Source of the DNA: Candidatus Omnitrophota bacterium
GTDB taxonomy: Bacteria > Omnitrophota > Gorgyraeia > Gygaellales > Profunditerraquicolaceae
Length of the DNA: 64,000 bases
Assembly: GCA_020058085.1 (NCBI GenBank)
Contig: JAGVER010000007.1
Location: 71,969-135,968, forward strand
Direction: 5' to 3'
Part shown: positions 36,996-49,502 of the stretch, piece after piece
Position numbering within the stretch: the first letter of the stretch is position 1
How the letters are laid out: each line of letters starts with the position of its first letter
The notes under the pieces: generated by a model
What the model was told of the DNA's origin: nothing
Database searches by the model: none
What the model saw: only the letters and a program-made list of their open reading frames with translations
Program-made: the position numbers and the translations under genes

Positions 36996-37010
36996 AGACG
37001 GAGATAAGAG

Positions 37011-37691
37011 ATGAAGCTACGTAGCAAAAGATATAAGGAGTCGATTAAGCAAGTAGAGGCAGATAAAGCTTATCAGCTTAAAGATGCTGTGCTCGTTTTA
37101 AAGAAGATGTCTCCTACGAAGTTTGATAGTTCTGTTGATTTACATTTTAGTTTAGGCGTTGATACCAAGAAATCCGATCAGATGGTTCGCGGGACAGTAA
37201 TCTTGCCACATGGTACAGGTAAGAAGGTTCGCGTGGCTGTTTTCTGTAAGGGGGAGCATGATAAAATAGCTCGTAGTGCAAATGCGGATTTTGTTGGAGG
37301 ATCTGAACTTATTGATAAAGTAGCCGCTGGTTTTTTAGATTTCGATTGTGCTATTGCTACGCCTGAGATGATGAAGGATTTAAGTAAGCTAGGTAAGGTT
37401 TTAGGGCCGCGTGGACTTATGCCAAGCCCTAAAACAGGGACAGTTACTAATGATATATTGAAAGCAATTGAAGATGTAAAAAAGGGTAAGGTAGAGTTTC
37501 GCGTGGATAAGCAGGGAGGAGTACATCTTGCAGTAGGTAAGTTATCTTTTAGTGAAGATAAGATTTGCGATAATGCGTCTAGGGTGATAGAGGCATTAAA
37601 TGAGGCTAAGCCTGCGTCAGTTAAGGGTAAGTTCGTGGAGAGTATTTTTATAACATCATCGATGAGCCCGGGGTTAAGGTTAGCAATATGA
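37011..37691 (+). CDS. rplA: 50S ribosomal protein L1
   Basis: GTVILPHGTGK and GPRGLMPSPKTGTV. Confidence 0.95.
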   Translation: MKLRSKRYKESIKQVEADKAYQLKDAVLVLKKMSPTKFDSSVDLHFSLGVDTKKSDQMVRGTVILPHGTGKKVRVAVFCKGEHDKIARSANADFVGGSELIDKVAAGFLDFDCAIATPEMMKDLSKLGKVLGPRGLMPSPKTGTVTNDILKAIEDVKKGKVEFRVDKQGGVHLAVGKLSFSEDKICDNASRVIEALNEAKPASVKGKFVESIFITSSMSPGLRLAI

Positions 37692-37695
37692 AGCT

Positions 37696-37724
37696 CCACG
37701 GTTTAAGAAAGAGCCGTGGTTTTT
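37696..37724 (+). terminator. weak intrinsic terminator/attenuator between rplA and rplJ
   Basis: CCACGG (37696-37701) and CCGTGG (37714-37719) form the stem with a 12-nt loop, followed by TTTTT. Confidence 0.4.
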
Positions 37725-37753
37725 GACTATTAGGATTTCTTGTGTAGCGGAAT

Positions 37754-37787
37754 CCCGTCCGTCCGCCGACGGCGGACGAGGTACGGG
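37754..37787 (+). promoter_or_regulatory. GC-rich hairpin in the rplJ leader (candidate L10 autoregulatory leader)
   Basis: CCCGT..ACGGG encloses CGTCCGCC-GAC-GGCGGACG, 9 nt upstream of the rplJ ATG. Confidence 0.35.
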
Positions 37788-37795
37788 ATAAAATA

Positions 37796-38320
37796 ATGAA
37801 AAAGCTAGGATTAGTTTTTAAAGAAGTATCGGAAAATCGCATCAAGGATACTTTAAAGAAATCAGATGCTGTTTTTATTGTCAGGTATTCAGGCGTATCT
37901 AGTCCTGATCTATGTTCTTTGAGGCAGACGCTTAAGGGCTCTAAGTCTTCTTTATTCGTGGTTAAGAATAGCGTTGCCCGGCGGGCACTGGTAGATTCAG
38001 GGCTTGAGATTTTGGTGAAAAACATTGAAGGGCCCTGCGGGTTAGTTTTTGTTAAAGATGAGCCTGTTAGGGTATCGCAGGTATTGTGCAATTTTGTAAA
38101 GGAACATGAACAGTTAAAGCTTGAAGGTGGTTCATTAAAGAACAAGGTTTTAGAGAAAAAAGATATTGAGGCTATGTCAAAACTTCCTTCTAAAGAAGTT
38201 TTGAGGGCGCAAGTAGTAGTAACATTAAATTCGCCGATATCAGGTTTAGTTATCACGTTAAACCAGATATTGGCGAAATTTGTTTATTGTATAGATCAGA
38301 TAAGACAGAATAAACATTAA
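37796..38320 (+). CDS. rplJ: 50S ribosomal protein L10
   Basis: 174 aa, between rplA and rplL, with an L10-like N-terminal region. Confidence 0.9.
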   Translation: MKKLGLVFKEVSENRIKDTLKKSDAVFIVRYSGVSSPDLCSLRQTLKGSKSSLFVVKNSVARRALVDSGLEILVKNIEGPCGLVFVKDEPVRVSQVLCNFVKEHEQLKLEGGSLKNKVLEKKDIEAMSKLPSKEVLRAQVVVTLNSPISGLVITLNQILAKFVYCIDQIRQNKH

Positions 38321-38394
38321 GTAGTGATTCAGAAAAATCCTTGCGAACAGGTGTGAGCATGGAGAAGAGTAATTAAAAAAAGAGGAGGATGCAA

Positions 38395-38781
38395 ATGGCA
38401 AACGTAAAATTAGACGATATGATTAAATCCATAGAAGAGATGACAGTTTTAGAGCTAGCGGATTTAGTCAAGGCTTTAGAGGAGAAATTCGGGGTTAAGG
38501 CAAATATGCCGATGGCGGCTGCTCCGGCAGCGGGTGCTCAAGCAGGTGCTGCTCCTGCAGCAGAGGAGAAGTCAGTATTTTCAGTAGTTTTAGTCAGTGC
38601 TGGCGCTAGCAAGATCGCAGTTATTAAAGAAGTGCGCACAATAACTAACCTTGGTTTAAAAGAGGCTAAAGATTTAGTTGATGCTGCCCCTAAGTCTATA
38701 AAAGAAGGCGCGACTAAAGAAGAAGCTGAAGAGATTAAAAAGAAACTTGAAGCCGCAGGCGCTACCGTTGAATTAAAATAA
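38395..38781 (+). CDS. rplL: 50S ribosomal protein L7/L12
   Basis: Ala-rich hinge and C-terminal [24 protein letters not shown]...GATVELK. The second ATG is chosen (GAGGAGG 6 nt upstream). Confidence 0.92.
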   Translation: MANVKLDDMIKSIEEMTVLELADLVKALEEKFGVKANMPMAAAPAAGAQAGAAPAAEEKSVFSVVLVSAGASKIAVIKEVRTITNLGLKEAKDLVDAAPKSIKEGATKEEAEEIKKKLEAAGATVELK

Positions 38782-38794
38782 GAGAGAAAGATAT

Positions 38795-41700
38795 ATGATA
38801 AAACGTAAAAGTTTTGGCAAGCTAAAAGAAGTATATAATATACCTGACCTTTTAGATGTACAGCGTGAAGCCTTTGGTGAATTTCTCCAGTTAGATACTC
38901 CTTTGAGCGAAAGAAAACATCAGGGCTTGCAGGAAGTATTCTCTGAGATATTCCCTATTGAGAGCCCTAATCGTGTGGTAAAACTTGAGTTTATAAGCTA
39001 CTCTTTAGGTAAGCCAAAATATAATATTGCCGAATCCAAGAATCGCAGCCTTACCTATGCCCTTCCTCTCAAAGTAAAATTCCGTTTAACTACTCCTAAA
39101 GAGACTAAAGAACAGGATGCCTACTTTGGCGAAATACCTTTAATGACCGATACCGGGACTTTTATTATTAATGGCGATGAACGCGTAGTAGTTAGCCAGT
39201 TACAGAGGTCACCCGGTGTTTCTTTTGAAGAAGAGGATCATCCTACTGGAAAGAAGATATTTTACGGTAGAATTATACCTTATCGTGGAGCATGGCTCGA
39301 ATTTAAATATGATCTTACTGAAACAATATTGGCTTATGTCGACCGTCGTAGAAATTTTCCTGCCACGCAAATCTTAAGGATCCTGGGATTCTCTGAAGAC
39401 AAAGATATAATCGCTGCATTTGGGAAAGAACATCCCGAGATTATTAATACCCTAAAAAAAGACTATACCAAGAATAAAGAAGAAGCGTATATGGATTTTT
39501 ACCGTAAGATGCGGCCTACGGAACCGGTTACTAAAGAAGCGGCAGAGGCCTTATTCTATAGGCTTTTCTTTGATCCGGCTCGCTATGACCTGGAACGCGC
39601 CGGTAGGTTCATTTTAAATAGGAAATTAGGTATGGATGTCTCGCTGGAGAAGCGCATTCTTGATTCAGATACCGTAATTAAGGTAATAGAGTATTTAATA
39701 AATCTTCAGTCAGGCATTGGAAAAATTGATGATATAGATCATTTAGGAAACCGTCGCATTAAAACGGTAGGTGAGCTTGTTCAGAATCAGGTGCGTATTG
39801 GCTTAAGCCGTGTAGAGAGGTCTATCCGTGAGAGATTAAGTTTATTAGGAGAATTTGATAATCTTAATGTGCATTATTTGATTAATTCTAAATTGCTCTC
39901 TAATCAGATCCGTGACTTTTTCACCCGTTCCCAGTTATCCCAGTTTATGGATCAGATAAATCCTTTAGCGGAGATGACTCACAAGAGAAGGTTAAGCGCC
40001 TTAGGCCCGGGAGGTTTGTCCCGTGAACGCGCAGGTTTCGAAGTAAGAGATATTCACCCCTCTCATTATGGCCGAGTTTGCCCTATTGAAACTCCTGAAG
40101 GCCCAAATATCGGATTAATAGCTTCGCTTAGCACATTTGCTCGCATTAATACCTTGGGCCTCTTAGAGACTCCCTATCGTAAAGTTGAAGATGGACGGGC
40201 AACTAAGAAGATTGAATATCTTACAGCTGATATTGAAGAAGATAAAATTATAGCTCAAGCTAATGCTGCTTTAGATGAAGATGGTTACTTTGTAGAAAAA
40301 GAGATATCCTGCCGTTACAAGAATGATTTTCCTAAAATACCCGCTAAGCAGGTTGAGTATATGGATGTTTCTCCTAAGCAGTTGGTCTCTGTGGCTGCTT
40401 CTTTGATCCCATTCTTAGAGCATGATGATGCTAACCGTGCACTCATGGGTTCAAATATGCAACGACAGGGAGTCCCACTTATGATTACCGAAGCACCAAT
40501 TGTAGGTACCCAGATGGAGGAGAAAGTAGCACGTGATTCTGGAACTGTAGTTGTTGCTGAAGATAGTGGAAAGGTAACTAGCGTCGATGCTTCTTCTATT
40601 ACTGTCGGCAAGAAGATTTACCATCTTAAGAAATTTTTGCGTACCAATAACGATACTTGTTTAAATCAAAGGCCGATTGTGAAACTTGGAGACAAGATCG
40701 AAAAGGGCGGCATAATTGCAGACGGGATAGGGACTAAAGACGGCGAGTTGGCTTTAGGAAAGAATGTCTTAGTAGCTTTTATGCCTTGGAGAGGATATAA
40801 TTTTGAAGATGCAATTCTTATCAGCGAGAGGCTGGTTAAAGAAGATACATTTACCTCTATACATATAGAGGAGTTTGAAATAGAAGCTACAGAGACACGT
40901 TTAGGTAATGAAGAGATAACCCGCGATATTCCAAATATTAGCGAGGAGGCTCTGGGTAATCTTGATGAGAACGGGATTATTCGTATCGGCGCAGAGGTTG
41001 CTTCGGGAGATATATTAGTAGGTAAGATTACGCCTAAAACTGATTCTGAACCCTCTCCGGAAGAAAGGCTGCTAAGAGCTATTTTTGGTGAAAAGGCCGG
41101 GGATGTCCGGGACACTTCTTTAATTGCGCCTCCGGGAGTGGAAGGTGTAATTATAGATGTCCATATTTTTGCGCGTAAGGATCGCGGCAGGAAAACAAAA
41201 GAAGAGAAGACAAAAGAATTGGCCAAGATTCGCGAATTAAAGGCTTATTATAAGCAGGAGATAGAATTTGTGCAGACCGAGAAAGCACTTAGGTTATCCC
41301 AGCTGCTCGGTATCGATAAAAAGAAATTAGAAAAGTATGATTTTAGCGATAATGAAGAGGCAAAGATATTATCTGCTTCATTCGATGAACAGGTTCAGGA
41401 ATTGATTTCTGAAGAGGAGCAGGAGATTGAAAAGGTAAGGCGTGGAGATGAGCTCCCTGCTGGAGTATTAAAGAGAGTAGTAGTTTATATTGCTACTAAG
41501 CGCAGGATTGCTGAAGGCGATAAACTTGCCGGCCGCCATGGAAATAAGGGTGTAGTCGCAAAGATTTTGCCAGAGGAGGATATGCCTTTCATGTCGGATG
41601 GTACTCCCGTAGGAGTTGTGCTCAATCCACTGGGCGTTCCTTCGCGTATGAATGTAGGCCAGATTCTGGAATGCCATTTAGGTTGGGCAGCAAAGATGCT

Positions 41701-42199
41701 CGGTATTTATGTTGGAACTCCTGTTTTCGACGGCGCGAGTGAGCAAGAGATCAAAGATATGTTTAAGAAAGCAGGTTTGCCTGCGGATGGTAAAACCACG
41801 CTTTATGATGGTTATAGCGGTGATGCCTTTGAGCATAAAGTTACTGTGGGTTATATGTATGTAATGAAACTTATTCATTTGGTTGACGAAAAGATACACG
41901 CTCGCTCCATTGGCCCGTATTCATTAGTTACTCAACAGCCATTAGGTGGCAAGGCGCAATTTGGCGGACAGAGGTTAGGAGAGATGGAGGTTTGGGCGCT
42001 GGAGGCTTATGGCGCAGCATTTAGTTTACAAGAGATGTTAACGGTTAAGAGTGACGATGTATCCGGTAGGACGCGTATCTATGAGGCTATTGTAAAAGGC
42101 GAGCAACGCTTGACCCATGGGACTCCGGAGTCGTTTAATGTTTTGATTAAAGAATTACAGGGTCTGGGTCTAGATATCCGGACAGAAAAGGCAAAATAA
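38795..42199 (+). CDS. rpoB: DNA-directed RNA polymerase beta subunit
   Basis: 1134 aa with [16 protein letters not shown] and [13 protein letters not shown]. Confidence 0.98.
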   Translation: MIKRKSFGKLKEVYNIPDLLDVQREAFGEFLQLDTPLSERKHQGLQEVFSEIFPIESPNRVVKLEFISYSLGKPKYNIAESKNRSLTYALPLKVKFRLTTPKETKEQDAYFGEIPLMTDTGTFIINGDERVVVSQLQRSPGVSFEEEDHPTGKKIFYGRIIPYRGAWLEFKYDLTETILAYVDRRRNFPATQILRILGFSEDKDIIAAFGKEHPEIINTLKKDYTKNKEEAYMDFYRKMRPTEPVTKEAAEALFYRLFFDPARYDLERAGRFILNRKLGMDVSLEKRILDSDTVIKVIEYLINLQSGIGKIDDIDHLGNRRIKTVGELVQNQVRIGLSRVERSIRERLSLLGEFDNLNVHYLINSKLLSNQIRDFFTRSQLSQFMDQINPLAEMTHKRRLSALGPGGLSRERAGFEVRDIHPSHYGRVCPIETPEGPNIGLIASLSTFARINTLGLLETPYRKVEDGRATKKIEYLTADIEEDKIIAQANAALDEDGYFVEKEISCRYKNDFPKIPAKQVEYMDVSPKQLVSVAASLIPFLEHDDANRALMGSNMQRQGVPLMITEAPIVGTQMEEKVARDSGTVVVAEDSGKVTSVDASSITVGKKIYHLKKFLRTNNDTCLNQRPIVKLGDKIEKGGIIADGIGTKDGELALGKNVLVAFMPWRGYNFEDAILISERLVKEDTFTSIHIEEFEIEATETRLGNEEITRDIPNISEEALGNLDENGIIRIGAEVASGDILVGKITPKTDSEPSPEERLLRAIFGEKAGDVRDTSLIAPPGVEGVIIDVHIFARKDRGRKTKEEKTKELAKIRELKAYYKQEIEFVQTEKALRLSQLLGIDKKKLEKYDFSDNEEAKILSASFDEQVQELISEEEQEIEKVRRGDELPAGVLKRVVVYIATKRRIAEGDKLAGRHGNKGVVAKILPEEDMPFMSDGTPVGVVLNPLGVPSRMNVGQILECHLGWAAKMLGIYVGTPVFDGASEQEIKDMFKKAGLPADGKTTLYDGYSGDAFEHKVTVGYMYVMKLIHLVDEKIHARSIGPYSLVTQQPLGGKAQFGGQRLGEMEVWALEAYGAAFSLQEMLTVKSDDVSGRTRIYEAIVKGEQRLTHGTPESFNVLIKELQGLGLDIRTEKAK

Positions 42200-45100
42200 T
42201 GGACGAGATAGTATCATTTGATAGTATTTCCATAAAAATTGCATCTCCTCAGATAATTAAATCATGGTCTAAGGGGGAAGTTAGAAAGGCTGAGACGATT
42301 AATTATAGGACGTTAAAGCCGGAAAAAGACGGACTTTTCTGCGAAAAGATCTTTGGGCCGGTTCGCGATTGGGAATGTAACTGCGGTAAATATAAAGGAA
42401 TTAAATTTAAAGGTATTACCTGTGATCGTTGCGGGGTTACTGTTGATCGTTCTAGTGTCCGGCGCGAGCGCATGGGGCATATTGATCTGGCGACTGCAGT
42501 TACGCATATCTGGTTCTTTAAGGCAGTGCCATCGCGCATGTCCGCATTGCTAGATATCGGATTGCGTGATCTGGAGAAGATTATTTATTATGAAGAGTAT
42601 GTTGTCGTTGATCCCGGAACCAGCCCTTTGAAAAAGAAAGACTTGCTTTCAGAAGAAAAATATCAGGAGGCAGTGAATAAATACGGCTCTAACTTTAAGG
42701 CTAAAATAGGAGCGGAAGCAATCCGCGATCTTTTGAAAGAATTGGATTTGGATGCTCAATGCAGGAAGTTACGTAAAGATATTGAGAAATCCAAAGACGC
42801 GTTAGGAAACCGTAAAGGATTAAAGAGCTTAAAGGTTGTGGAAGATTTTAAGAAGTCCGGAAATCATCCGGAATGGATGATTATGGAAATACTGCCGGTT
42901 ATCCCTCCGGATCTAAGGCCGTTAGTTCCTCTAGATGGTGGCAGGTTTGCTACTTCAGACCTCAATGATTTATACCGCCGGGTAATTAATCGTAATAATC
43001 GTTTAAAAAAATTAATGGATCTAAATGCGCCAGAGATTATTATCCGTAATGAAAAACGTATGCTACAGGAGGCGGTGGATGCCTTATTAGATAACGGCAG
43101 GCATGGCAAAGCGGTAATGGGTGCGAATAACCGGCCATTAAAGTCACTCTCGGATATGTTAAAGGGTAAACAAGGCCGGTTTAGACAGAATCTTTTAGGT
43201 AAGCGCGTGGATTATTCCGGACGCTCAGTTATAGTAGTAGGTCCGGAATTAAAGCTCCATGAATGCGGGCTTCCCAAGCAGATGGCTTTGGAATTATTCG
43301 AACCTTTTATTATCAAGAAACTAAGAGAAAAGGGTTTTGTGCATACAATAAAAGGCGCACGTAGAATGGTTGAGCGAGGTAAGATCGAAGTTTGGGATAT
43401 TTTAGATGAAGTCATAAAAGATCATCCGGTGCTTTTAAACCGTGCTCCGACTTTGCACCGTTTAGGTATCCAGGCTTTTCAGCCGCTTTTAGTTGAAGGT
43501 AAATCTATCAAAATACATCCTCTGGTCTGCACTGCTTTTAACGCTGATTTTGATGGCGATCAGATGGCTGTCCATGTCCCACTTTCTTTGGAGTCGCAGT
43601 TAGAGGCAAAAATATTAATGCTTTCATCAAATAATGTCTTTTCTCCTTCTGACGGCCGGCCAGTAGTTGCCCCTACTCAAGATATAATTCTTGGGGTCTA
43701 TTATTTGACTAAAGAGAGATTAGGCGCTAAAGGAGAAGGCAAGGCATTCTCTAATAGTGATGAGGTAATCATTGCTTACAATGACGGAGCAGTGGAGCTG
43801 AATGCAAGTATAAGCCTGAGGGTCCAGAATCTGTTTGATATGGATGACAAGAAACTCACTATTCTTAAGCAGAATATTACTACAACCGTAGGCAGGGCAT
43901 TATTTAACCAAGTGCTTCCGGATGAATTCGGTTTTGTTAATAGAGAATTAAATAAAGGCAAGGTTTCAGATATAGTGGTTGAGTGTTATAAGAGATTCGG
44001 CCACGGCGCGACTATTAAGTTATTAGATGATATTAAAAGATTGGGTTTTGAAATGGGTACATTAGGCGGGATATCTATAGGTATAGATGATCTCTGTGTC
44101 CCGGAAGCAAAGAGCGAAGTTTTGAAAGATTCAAAAGAGAAGGTTGCTAAGGTCGAAGATCAATATCGTAAGGGAGTTATTACTGACAGCGAGCGCAAGG
44201 CTAAAATAATCGATATCTGGACTCATGCTACTGATGAGGTCTCGGATCTTCTATTTAAAGGTATGGATCGTTTCAATCCTATATTTATGATGGCAGATTC
44301 CGGGGCGCGTGGTTCGCGTCTTCAGATAAGGCAGCTAGCCGGTATGCGTGGGCTTATGGCTAAACCTTCGGGAGAAATTATAGAAAACCCCATTACCGCA
44401 AACTTCAGGGAAGGATTGAATGTGTTGGAGTATTTTATTTCAACTCACGGTGCGCGTAAGGGGCTTGCAGATACTGCTTTAAAAACCGCAGATGCAGGTT
44501 ATTTAACTCGCAGACTTGTAGACGTTGCTCAAGAGGTTATTATCGCCGAGATTGATTGTGGGACATTAAATGGTATTACCGTAGCTGCTATTATCGAAGG
44601 AGACGAAGAGGTTGTTTCTCTAAAGGAACGTATCGTAGGCAGGGTTGTGCTAGATAATGTTGTCGATATTATTACCGATGAAGTTATAGTTGAGGCAGGC
44701 CATGAAATAACCGAAGAAAAAGCGGAAATGATTGAGAGGTTGGGTATTGAGAAAATACGCATCCGTAGCGCTTTGACCTGTGAAAATGGCCGGGGAGTCT
44801 GCACTAAGTGTTATGGCAGGAATTTAGCTTCAGGTAGGATCGTGGAATTAGGTGAAGCAGTCGGTGTCATCGCTGCCCAGAGTATAGGTGAGCCAGGAAC
44901 ACAGCTAACCATGAGAACATTCCATATCGGTGGTACTGCTTCCAGAAAAGTAGAACAATCTTTCATAAAATCAAAAAATAAGGGTGTTATTAAATATCAT
45001 AACTTGAGAGTTACGCCTAAGAATAAAGAATTTGTTGTTCTGAACCGTAATGGTTTTGTCAGTATTAATGATAAGCAGGGGAGGGAATTAGAGCGTTTCC

Positions 45101-46212
45101 TTCTGCTACAGGGCGCTTTTATCAATATTGCCGATGGCGGCGAGATAGCTAAGGATGTTCCTTTTGTTTATTGGGATCCGTATACTATTCCTGTATTAAC
45201 GGAAGTACCGGGAATCGTAAAATTCGAAGATTTAAAAGAGAATGTTACAGTTAAAGAAGAGCTTAATACTGTTACTAAATTAACAGAGCGTGTAGTTGTG
45301 GAGCATAAGCAGGAATTTCATCCACAGATAATTATTCTTGACGCAGCTGGTGAGGTCGCGGGAATTTATCCTATTCCAATTGGGGCCCATATTTTGGTTA
45401 AGGATGGCCAGCATATTGGCGGCGGTGAGCTCTTAGCTAAAATACCGCGTATGGTAGTTAAGACCAGGGATATTACCGGAGGGCTTCCGCGCGTTGCAGA
45501 ATTATTTGAGGCTAGAAGGCCTAAAGATCCGGCGGTAATTAGCGAAATTGACGGATTTATAGAGTTTGGTGAGTCTAAAAAGGGGCAGCGGGTAATCGTT
45601 GTGAAATCTACGACCGGAATGCAGAGAGAATATGTGATTCCTCATGGTAAGCATCCTAATGTTTATAAGGGGGACAAAGTTGATGCAGGCCAGCAGTTGA
45701 CAGACGGCCCGGTAGTTTTGCAGGATATTTTACGTGTTTGCGGGGATAAAGTCCTACAGGAGTATTTGGTCAATGAGGTTCAGGAAGTTTATCGGCTTCA
45801 GGGAGTGCGTATTAATGATAAGCACATTGAAGTTATTATCCGTCAAATGCTCAAAAAGATCAGAGTCGAGGATCCCGGTGACACAGAATTTTTAGCAACA
45901 CAACAAGTAGATAAATGGATTTTCCAGAAAGAGAACTCCCGGATTATCAAAAAAGGCGGTAAGCCTGCCATAGCTACTCCGTTATTGTTGGGGATAACCA
46001 AAGCTTCTTTAACCACTGAGAGTTTTATCTCTGCGGCTAGTTTCCAAGAAACTACAAAGGTATTAACTGAAGCAGCAACTTCAGGTAAGCGCGATGAGCT
46101 TTTTGGTTTAAAAGAGAATGTTATAGTTGGACATCTGATCCCTGCGGGGACGGGTTTTCCTGACCATCGCGATATAGAGGTGGTAAAGATGCAAGAAGAT
46201 AAGAAGGAATAA
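42199..46212 (+). CDS. rpoC: DNA-directed RNA polymerase beta' subunit
   Basis: 1337 aa with the zinc motif [14 protein letters not shown] and catalytic [12 protein letters not shown]. Confidence 0.98.
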   Translation: MDEIVSFDSISIKIASPQIIKSWSKGEVRKAETINYRTLKPEKDGLFCEKIFGPVRDWECNCGKYKGIKFKGITCDRCGVTVDRSSVRRERMGHIDLATAVTHIWFFKAVPSRMSALLDIGLRDLEKIIYYEEYVVVDPGTSPLKKKDLLSEEKYQEAVNKYGSNFKAKIGAEAIRDLLKELDLDAQCRKLRKDIEKSKDALGNRKGLKSLKVVEDFKKSGNHPEWMIMEILPVIPPDLRPLVPLDGGRFATSDLNDLYRRVINRNNRLKKLMDLNAPEIIIRNEKRMLQEAVDALLDNGRHGKAVMGANNRPLKSLSDMLKGKQGRFRQNLLGKRVDYSGRSVIVVGPELKLHECGLPKQMALELFEPFIIKKLREKGFVHTIKGARRMVERGKIEVWDILDEVIKDHPVLLNRAPTLHRLGIQAFQPLLVEGKSIKIHPLVCTAFNADFDGDQMAVHVPLSLESQLEAKILMLSSNNVFSPSDGRPVVAPTQDIILGVYYLTKERLGAKGEGKAFSNSDEVIIAYNDGAVELNASISLRVQNLFDMDDKKLTILKQNITTTVGRALFNQVLPDEFGFVNRELNKGKVSDIVVECYKRFGHGATIKLLDDIKRLGFEMGTLGGISIGIDDLCVPEAKSEVLKDSKEKVAKVEDQYRKGVITDSERKAKIIDIWTHATDEVSDLLFKGMDRFNPIFMMADSGARGSRLQIRQLAGMRGLMAKPSGEIIENPITANFREGLNVLEYFISTHGARKGLADTALKTADAGYLTRRLVDVAQEVIIAEIDCGTLNGITVAAIIEGDEEVVSLKERIVGRVVLDNVVDIITDEVIVEAGHEITEEKAEMIERLGIEKIRIRSALTCENGRGVCTKCYGRNLASGRIVELGEAVGVIAAQSIGEPGTQLTMRTFHIGGTASRKVEQSFIKSKNKGVIKYHNLRVTPKNKEFVVLNRNGFVSINDKQGRELERFLLLQGAFINIADGGEIAKDVPFVYWDPYTIPVLTEVPGIVKFEDLKENVTVKEELNTVTKLTERVVVEHKQEFHPQIIILDAAGEVAGIYPIPIGAHILVKDGQHIGGGELLAKIPRMVVKTRDITGGLPRVAELFEARRPKDPAVISEIDGFIEFGESKKGQRVIVVKSTTGMQREYVIPHGKHPNVYKGDKVDAGQQLTDGPVVLQDILRVCGDKVLQEYLVNEVQEVYRLQGVRINDKHIEVIIRQMLKKIRVEDPGDTEFLATQQVDKWIFQKENSRIIKKGGKPAIATPLLLGITKASLTTESFISAASFQETTKVLTEAATSGKRDELFGLKENVIVGHLIPAGTGFPDHRDIEVVKMQEDKKE

Positions 46213-46214
46213 AA

Positions 46215-46604
46215 ATGCCTACAATTTCACAGTTAATTAGGATCGCAAGAAAATCTAAAAATAAGAAGACTAAGTCTCCGGCTTTAAAGGGTTGTCCACA
46301 AAGACGCGGGGTTTGTCTTCAGGTGCGTACGATGACTCCTAAAAAGCCTAATTCAGCTCTGCGTAAGATTGCTAGGGTAAGGCTTACGACCGGTATAGAA
46401 GTTACTGCTTATATTCCGGGAGAGGGGCATAATTTACAGGAACATTCTATAGTTTTAGTTAGAGGCGGGCGTGTTAAGGATTTACCCGGCGTAAGGTATC
46501 ATATTATAAGAGGCACATTGGATGCTTCAGGAGTTAACGCAAGAAGAAGGGGACGTTCAAAATACGGAGCAAAAAGGCCTAAGCCCGGCGCTCCAGCTAA
46601 ATAA
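46215..46604 (+). CDS. rpsL: 30S ribosomal protein S12
   Basis: [22 protein letters not shown] and [10 protein letters not shown]. Confidence 0.97.
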   Translation: MPTISQLIRIARKSKNKKTKSPALKGCPQRRGVCLQVRTMTPKKPNSALRKIARVRLTTGIEVTAYIPGEGHNLQEHSIVLVRGGRVKDLPGVRYHIIRGTLDASGVNARRRGRSKYGAKRPKPGAPAK

Positions 46605-46639
46605 TGATAAAGGCGCTCATCCTGTTTAGTAAAACTAAT

Positions 46640-46905
46640 GTTCGGGTCATTGTTGCCTACGGCAACAATGATTTCGTTAGACAAAAACTTATGGTGCTCA
46701 AATTTCGCTAAACAAAAACTAAAGGTGCTCTCCTGCTTAGTAACCCGCAGGATTCGCACAGTAAGTGCGTACTTGCCATTCTTGTATGGCAAGGTATCCT
46801 GAACAAAAACTAAAGGTGCTCTCCTGCTTAGTAACCGCTAAAAAATTATCAAAGATAATTTTTTAGCACACGCAGGATTTCGCTGAACAAAAACATAAGG
46901 TGCTC
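46640..46905 (+). repeat. family A box-plus-palindrome repeat array filling the rpsL-rpsG spacer
   Basis: There are four ~27-nt boxes (46672-46699, 46702-46730, 46798-46821, 46877-46905; consensus ATTTCGCTAAACAAAAAC-N-TAAGGTGCTC). They alternate with unrelated palindromes, and one palindrome is nested in another. Confidence 0.65.
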
Positions 46906-46909
46906 AAAA

Positions 46910-47380
46910 ATGAGAAGAAGAAAAGCTCAAGAAAAAGAAATATTAGCAGACCCGAAGTTTAACAGTAAAATCGTGGCTAAGTTTGTGAACATGGTTATGC
47001 TTGAAGGCAAGAAATCAGTCGCCGAAAGGATAGTTTATGAGGCTTTTGAGATCGCTAAGAAGAATCTTAACGAGCAGGATATCTTAAAAGTATTCTATAA
47101 GGCATTGGATAATGTTCGTCCGCGCTTAGAGGTTAAACCTCGCCGCGTAGGTGGGGCAACTTATCAGGTTCCGATTGAAGTTCGTCAGGAACGTGGCACA
47201 TCCATTGCGCTTCGCTGGCTACGTGATTTTGCGCAGAGCAAGAAAGGCAGACCAATGGAGCAGAAGCTTGCTGAAGAGATTATTTCAGCTTACAAAGGTG
47301 AAGGCGTGGCAATAAAGAAGAGAGATGATACGCATAAGATGGCTGAGAGCAATAAAGCTTTTGCGCATTTTAGGTGGTAA
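46910..47380 (+). CDS. rpsG: 30S ribosomal protein S7
   Basis: DPKFNSKIVAKFVNMVMLEGKKSVAERIVY. Confidence 0.97.
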   Translation: MRRRKAQEKEILADPKFNSKIVAKFVNMVMLEGKKSVAERIVYEAFEIAKKNLNEQDILKVFYKALDNVRPRLEVKPRRVGGATYQVPIEVRQERGTSIALRWLRDFAQSKKGRPMEQKLAEEIISAYKGEGVAIKKRDDTHKMAESNKAFAHFRW

Positions 47381-47395
47381 ATATAAAAGGAATAT

Positions 47396-49498
47396 ATGGA
47401 GCATAAAATAGGATTAGATAAAATAAGAAATATCGGGATTATCGCGCATATTGACGCCGGTAAAACTACGACTAGTGAACGTATATTATTTTATACGGGT
47501 AAGAACTATAAGCTGGGAGAAGTTCATGATGGCGCTGCTACTATGGATTGGATGGTGCAGGAGCAGGAGAGGGGAATTACTATTACCTCGGCTGCGACTA
47601 CCTGTAGTTGGAAAGATATCCGTATCAATCTTATTGATACTCCCGGTCACGTAGATTTTACCATTGAAGTAGAGAGGTCTTTGAAGGTACTAGATGGCGC
47701 AGTGGTAGTCTTTTGCGGAGTTGGCGGAGTTGAACCCCAATCAGAGACAGTCTGGCGTCAGGCTGATCGATATGGAGTTCCCAGGGTTGCTTTTGTGAAT
47801 AAGATGGATAGGGTAGGATCTAATTTCTTAGATGTAATTGACCAGATGCATAAAAGATTAGGTACAAATGCAGCGGCGATTCAGGTTCCCTTTGGAAAAG
47901 AAGCCGATTTTAAAGGCGTTATCGATTTAGTTGAAAAAAAATTAGTTTATTATAAAGATGATCTAGGGAAAGATATGGAGATTAAAGAGATACCTCCTGA
48001 AATGATCTCTGAAGTGCAGAAACAATATACTATTATGATTGAGCGATTGGCAGAGGTTGACGATAAGATTATGGAAGATTATCTGCATAATAAGGTGATC
48101 TCTGCCGCGGATTTGAAGTCAGCGATTAGAAAGGGCGTAATCGCGAATAAGTTTACGCCGGTTCTCTGCGGCTCATCATTTAAAAATAAAGGAGTGCAAC
48201 TAGTCTTAGATGCTATAAAGGATTATCTGCCTTCTCCTTTGGATGTGCCTTCTATCAAAGGGACTAACCCGGAGACGGGAGAGTTTGAGGAGATTAAAGT
48301 TTCGGAGAAGGCTCCTTTCTGCGCATTATGTTTTAAGGTGGCTACGGATCCTTATGTAGGGAAGATTAACTATATTCGTGTTTATTCCGGAACATTAACT
48401 GCAGGTACCTATATATATAATGCGTCTAAAAGGGAAAGAGAAAGAGTTACTAAGATAGTAAAGATGCATGCCAATCATCAGGAAGTTACAGATAGTATCT
48501 CTTGCGGTGAGATTGCTGCTGCTGTAGGGTTAAAACATACTAAGACTGGTGAGACCCTCTGTACCGAAAGCAATCCAATAGTTATTGAAGCAATGCGTTT
48601 TCCAGAGCCGGTTATTCAGCAGGCTATTGAACCTAAGTCTAAGGATGCGCAGGAGAAGTTAGGTTTGGCCTTACATAAATTAGAAGAAGAAGATCCTTCT
48701 TTTCGTGTCAGTTATAATCAGGAGACCGGGCAGACCCTTATCGCTGGTATGGGACAGTTACATTTAGAGATAATTATCGACAGAATTTTGCGTGAGTTTA
48801 ATGTTGAAGCACAGGTAGGCCAGCCTCAGGTAGCTTACCGGGAGACATTGACTAAGAAGGTAAGGTCAGTGGGGAAGTTTATATCCCAAAGCGGCGGCCG
48901 TGGACAATATGGCCATTGTGTTTTGGAGATGGAACCGCAAGAGACACCCGGCGCAGGAATCACATTTGAAGATAAGATCAAGAGCGGCGCAATTCCTCGT
49001 GAATTTATACCGGCAGTAAAGCAGGGAGTTATGGGTTCTGCAAAAAGCGGAGTATTGGCCGGTTATCCCGTTAATGATGTAAAAGTAGTTTTAGTCGATG
49101 GTTCTTTTCATGAAGTTGATTCTTCCGAATTAGCATTTCAAATGGCCGGGTCATTAGCATTTAGCGATGGGTTAAAAAAAGCCGGTCCGATTTTATTAGA
49201 GCCGATTATGGATATAGAAGTAATTGTTCCGGAAGAATTTATGGGCCAAGTTATCGGAGATCTAAGTTCTCGTCGGGCAAAGATAGTTTCGCTTGCGCAA
49301 CGCCTTAATCTTCGGACTATTCGCGCTAATATTCCCTTAGCAGAAGTCTTTAATTACGCTACTATATTAAGATCCTTGACACAAGGCCGTGCATCGTATA
49401 CAATGGAACCTTCTTTTTACACGGAAGTTCCTTCACATATATCAGAAAAAATTGTTTCAGGTTTTGCTGCTACGGGTTCTACTAGAAAGAGCCTTTAA
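47396..49498 (+). CDS. fusA: elongation factor G
   Basis: [27 protein letters not shown]; 700 aa. Confidence 0.97.
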   Translation: MEHKIGLDKIRNIGIIAHIDAGKTTTSERILFYTGKNYKLGEVHDGAATMDWMVQEQERGITITSAATTCSWKDIRINLIDTPGHVDFTIEVERSLKVLDGAVVVFCGVGGVEPQSETVWRQADRYGVPRVAFVNKMDRVGSNFLDVIDQMHKRLGTNAAAIQVPFGKEADFKGVIDLVEKKLVYYKDDLGKDMEIKEIPPEMISEVQKQYTIMIERLAEVDDKIMEDYLHNKVISAADLKSAIRKGVIANKFTPVLCGSSFKNKGVQLVLDAIKDYLPSPLDVPSIKGTNPETGEFEEIKVSEKAPFCALCFKVATDPYVGKINYIRVYSGTLTAGTYIYNASKRERERVTKIVKMHANHQEVTDSISCGEIAAAVGLKHTKTGETLCTESNPIVIEAMRFPEPVIQQAIEPKSKDAQEKLGLALHKLEEEDPSFRVSYNQETGQTLIAGMGQLHLEIIIDRILREFNVEAQVGQPQVAYRETLTKKVRSVGKFISQSGGRGQYGHCVLEMEPQETPGAGITFEDKIKSGAIPREFIPAVKQGVMGSAKSGVLAGYPVNDVKVVLVDGSFHEVDSSELAFQMAGSLAFSDGLKKAGPILLEPIMDIEVIVPEEFMGQVIGDLSSRRAKIVSLAQRLNLRTIRANIPLAEVFNYATILRSLTQGRASYTMEPSFYTEVPSHISEKIVSGFAATGSTRKSL

Positions 49499-49502
49499 AA
49501 TA

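Noticed and set aside
46640-46905. The repeat-spacer-like alternation of ~27-nt boxes with variable 20-60-nt inserts (also at 57032-57180) looked superficially like a small CRISPR array.
   Set aside because: The inserts are themselves palindromes and two of them are identical. Box spacing is irregular, the boxes are degenerate and end in an SD used by the next gene, copies occur in both orientations, and no cas genes are present.
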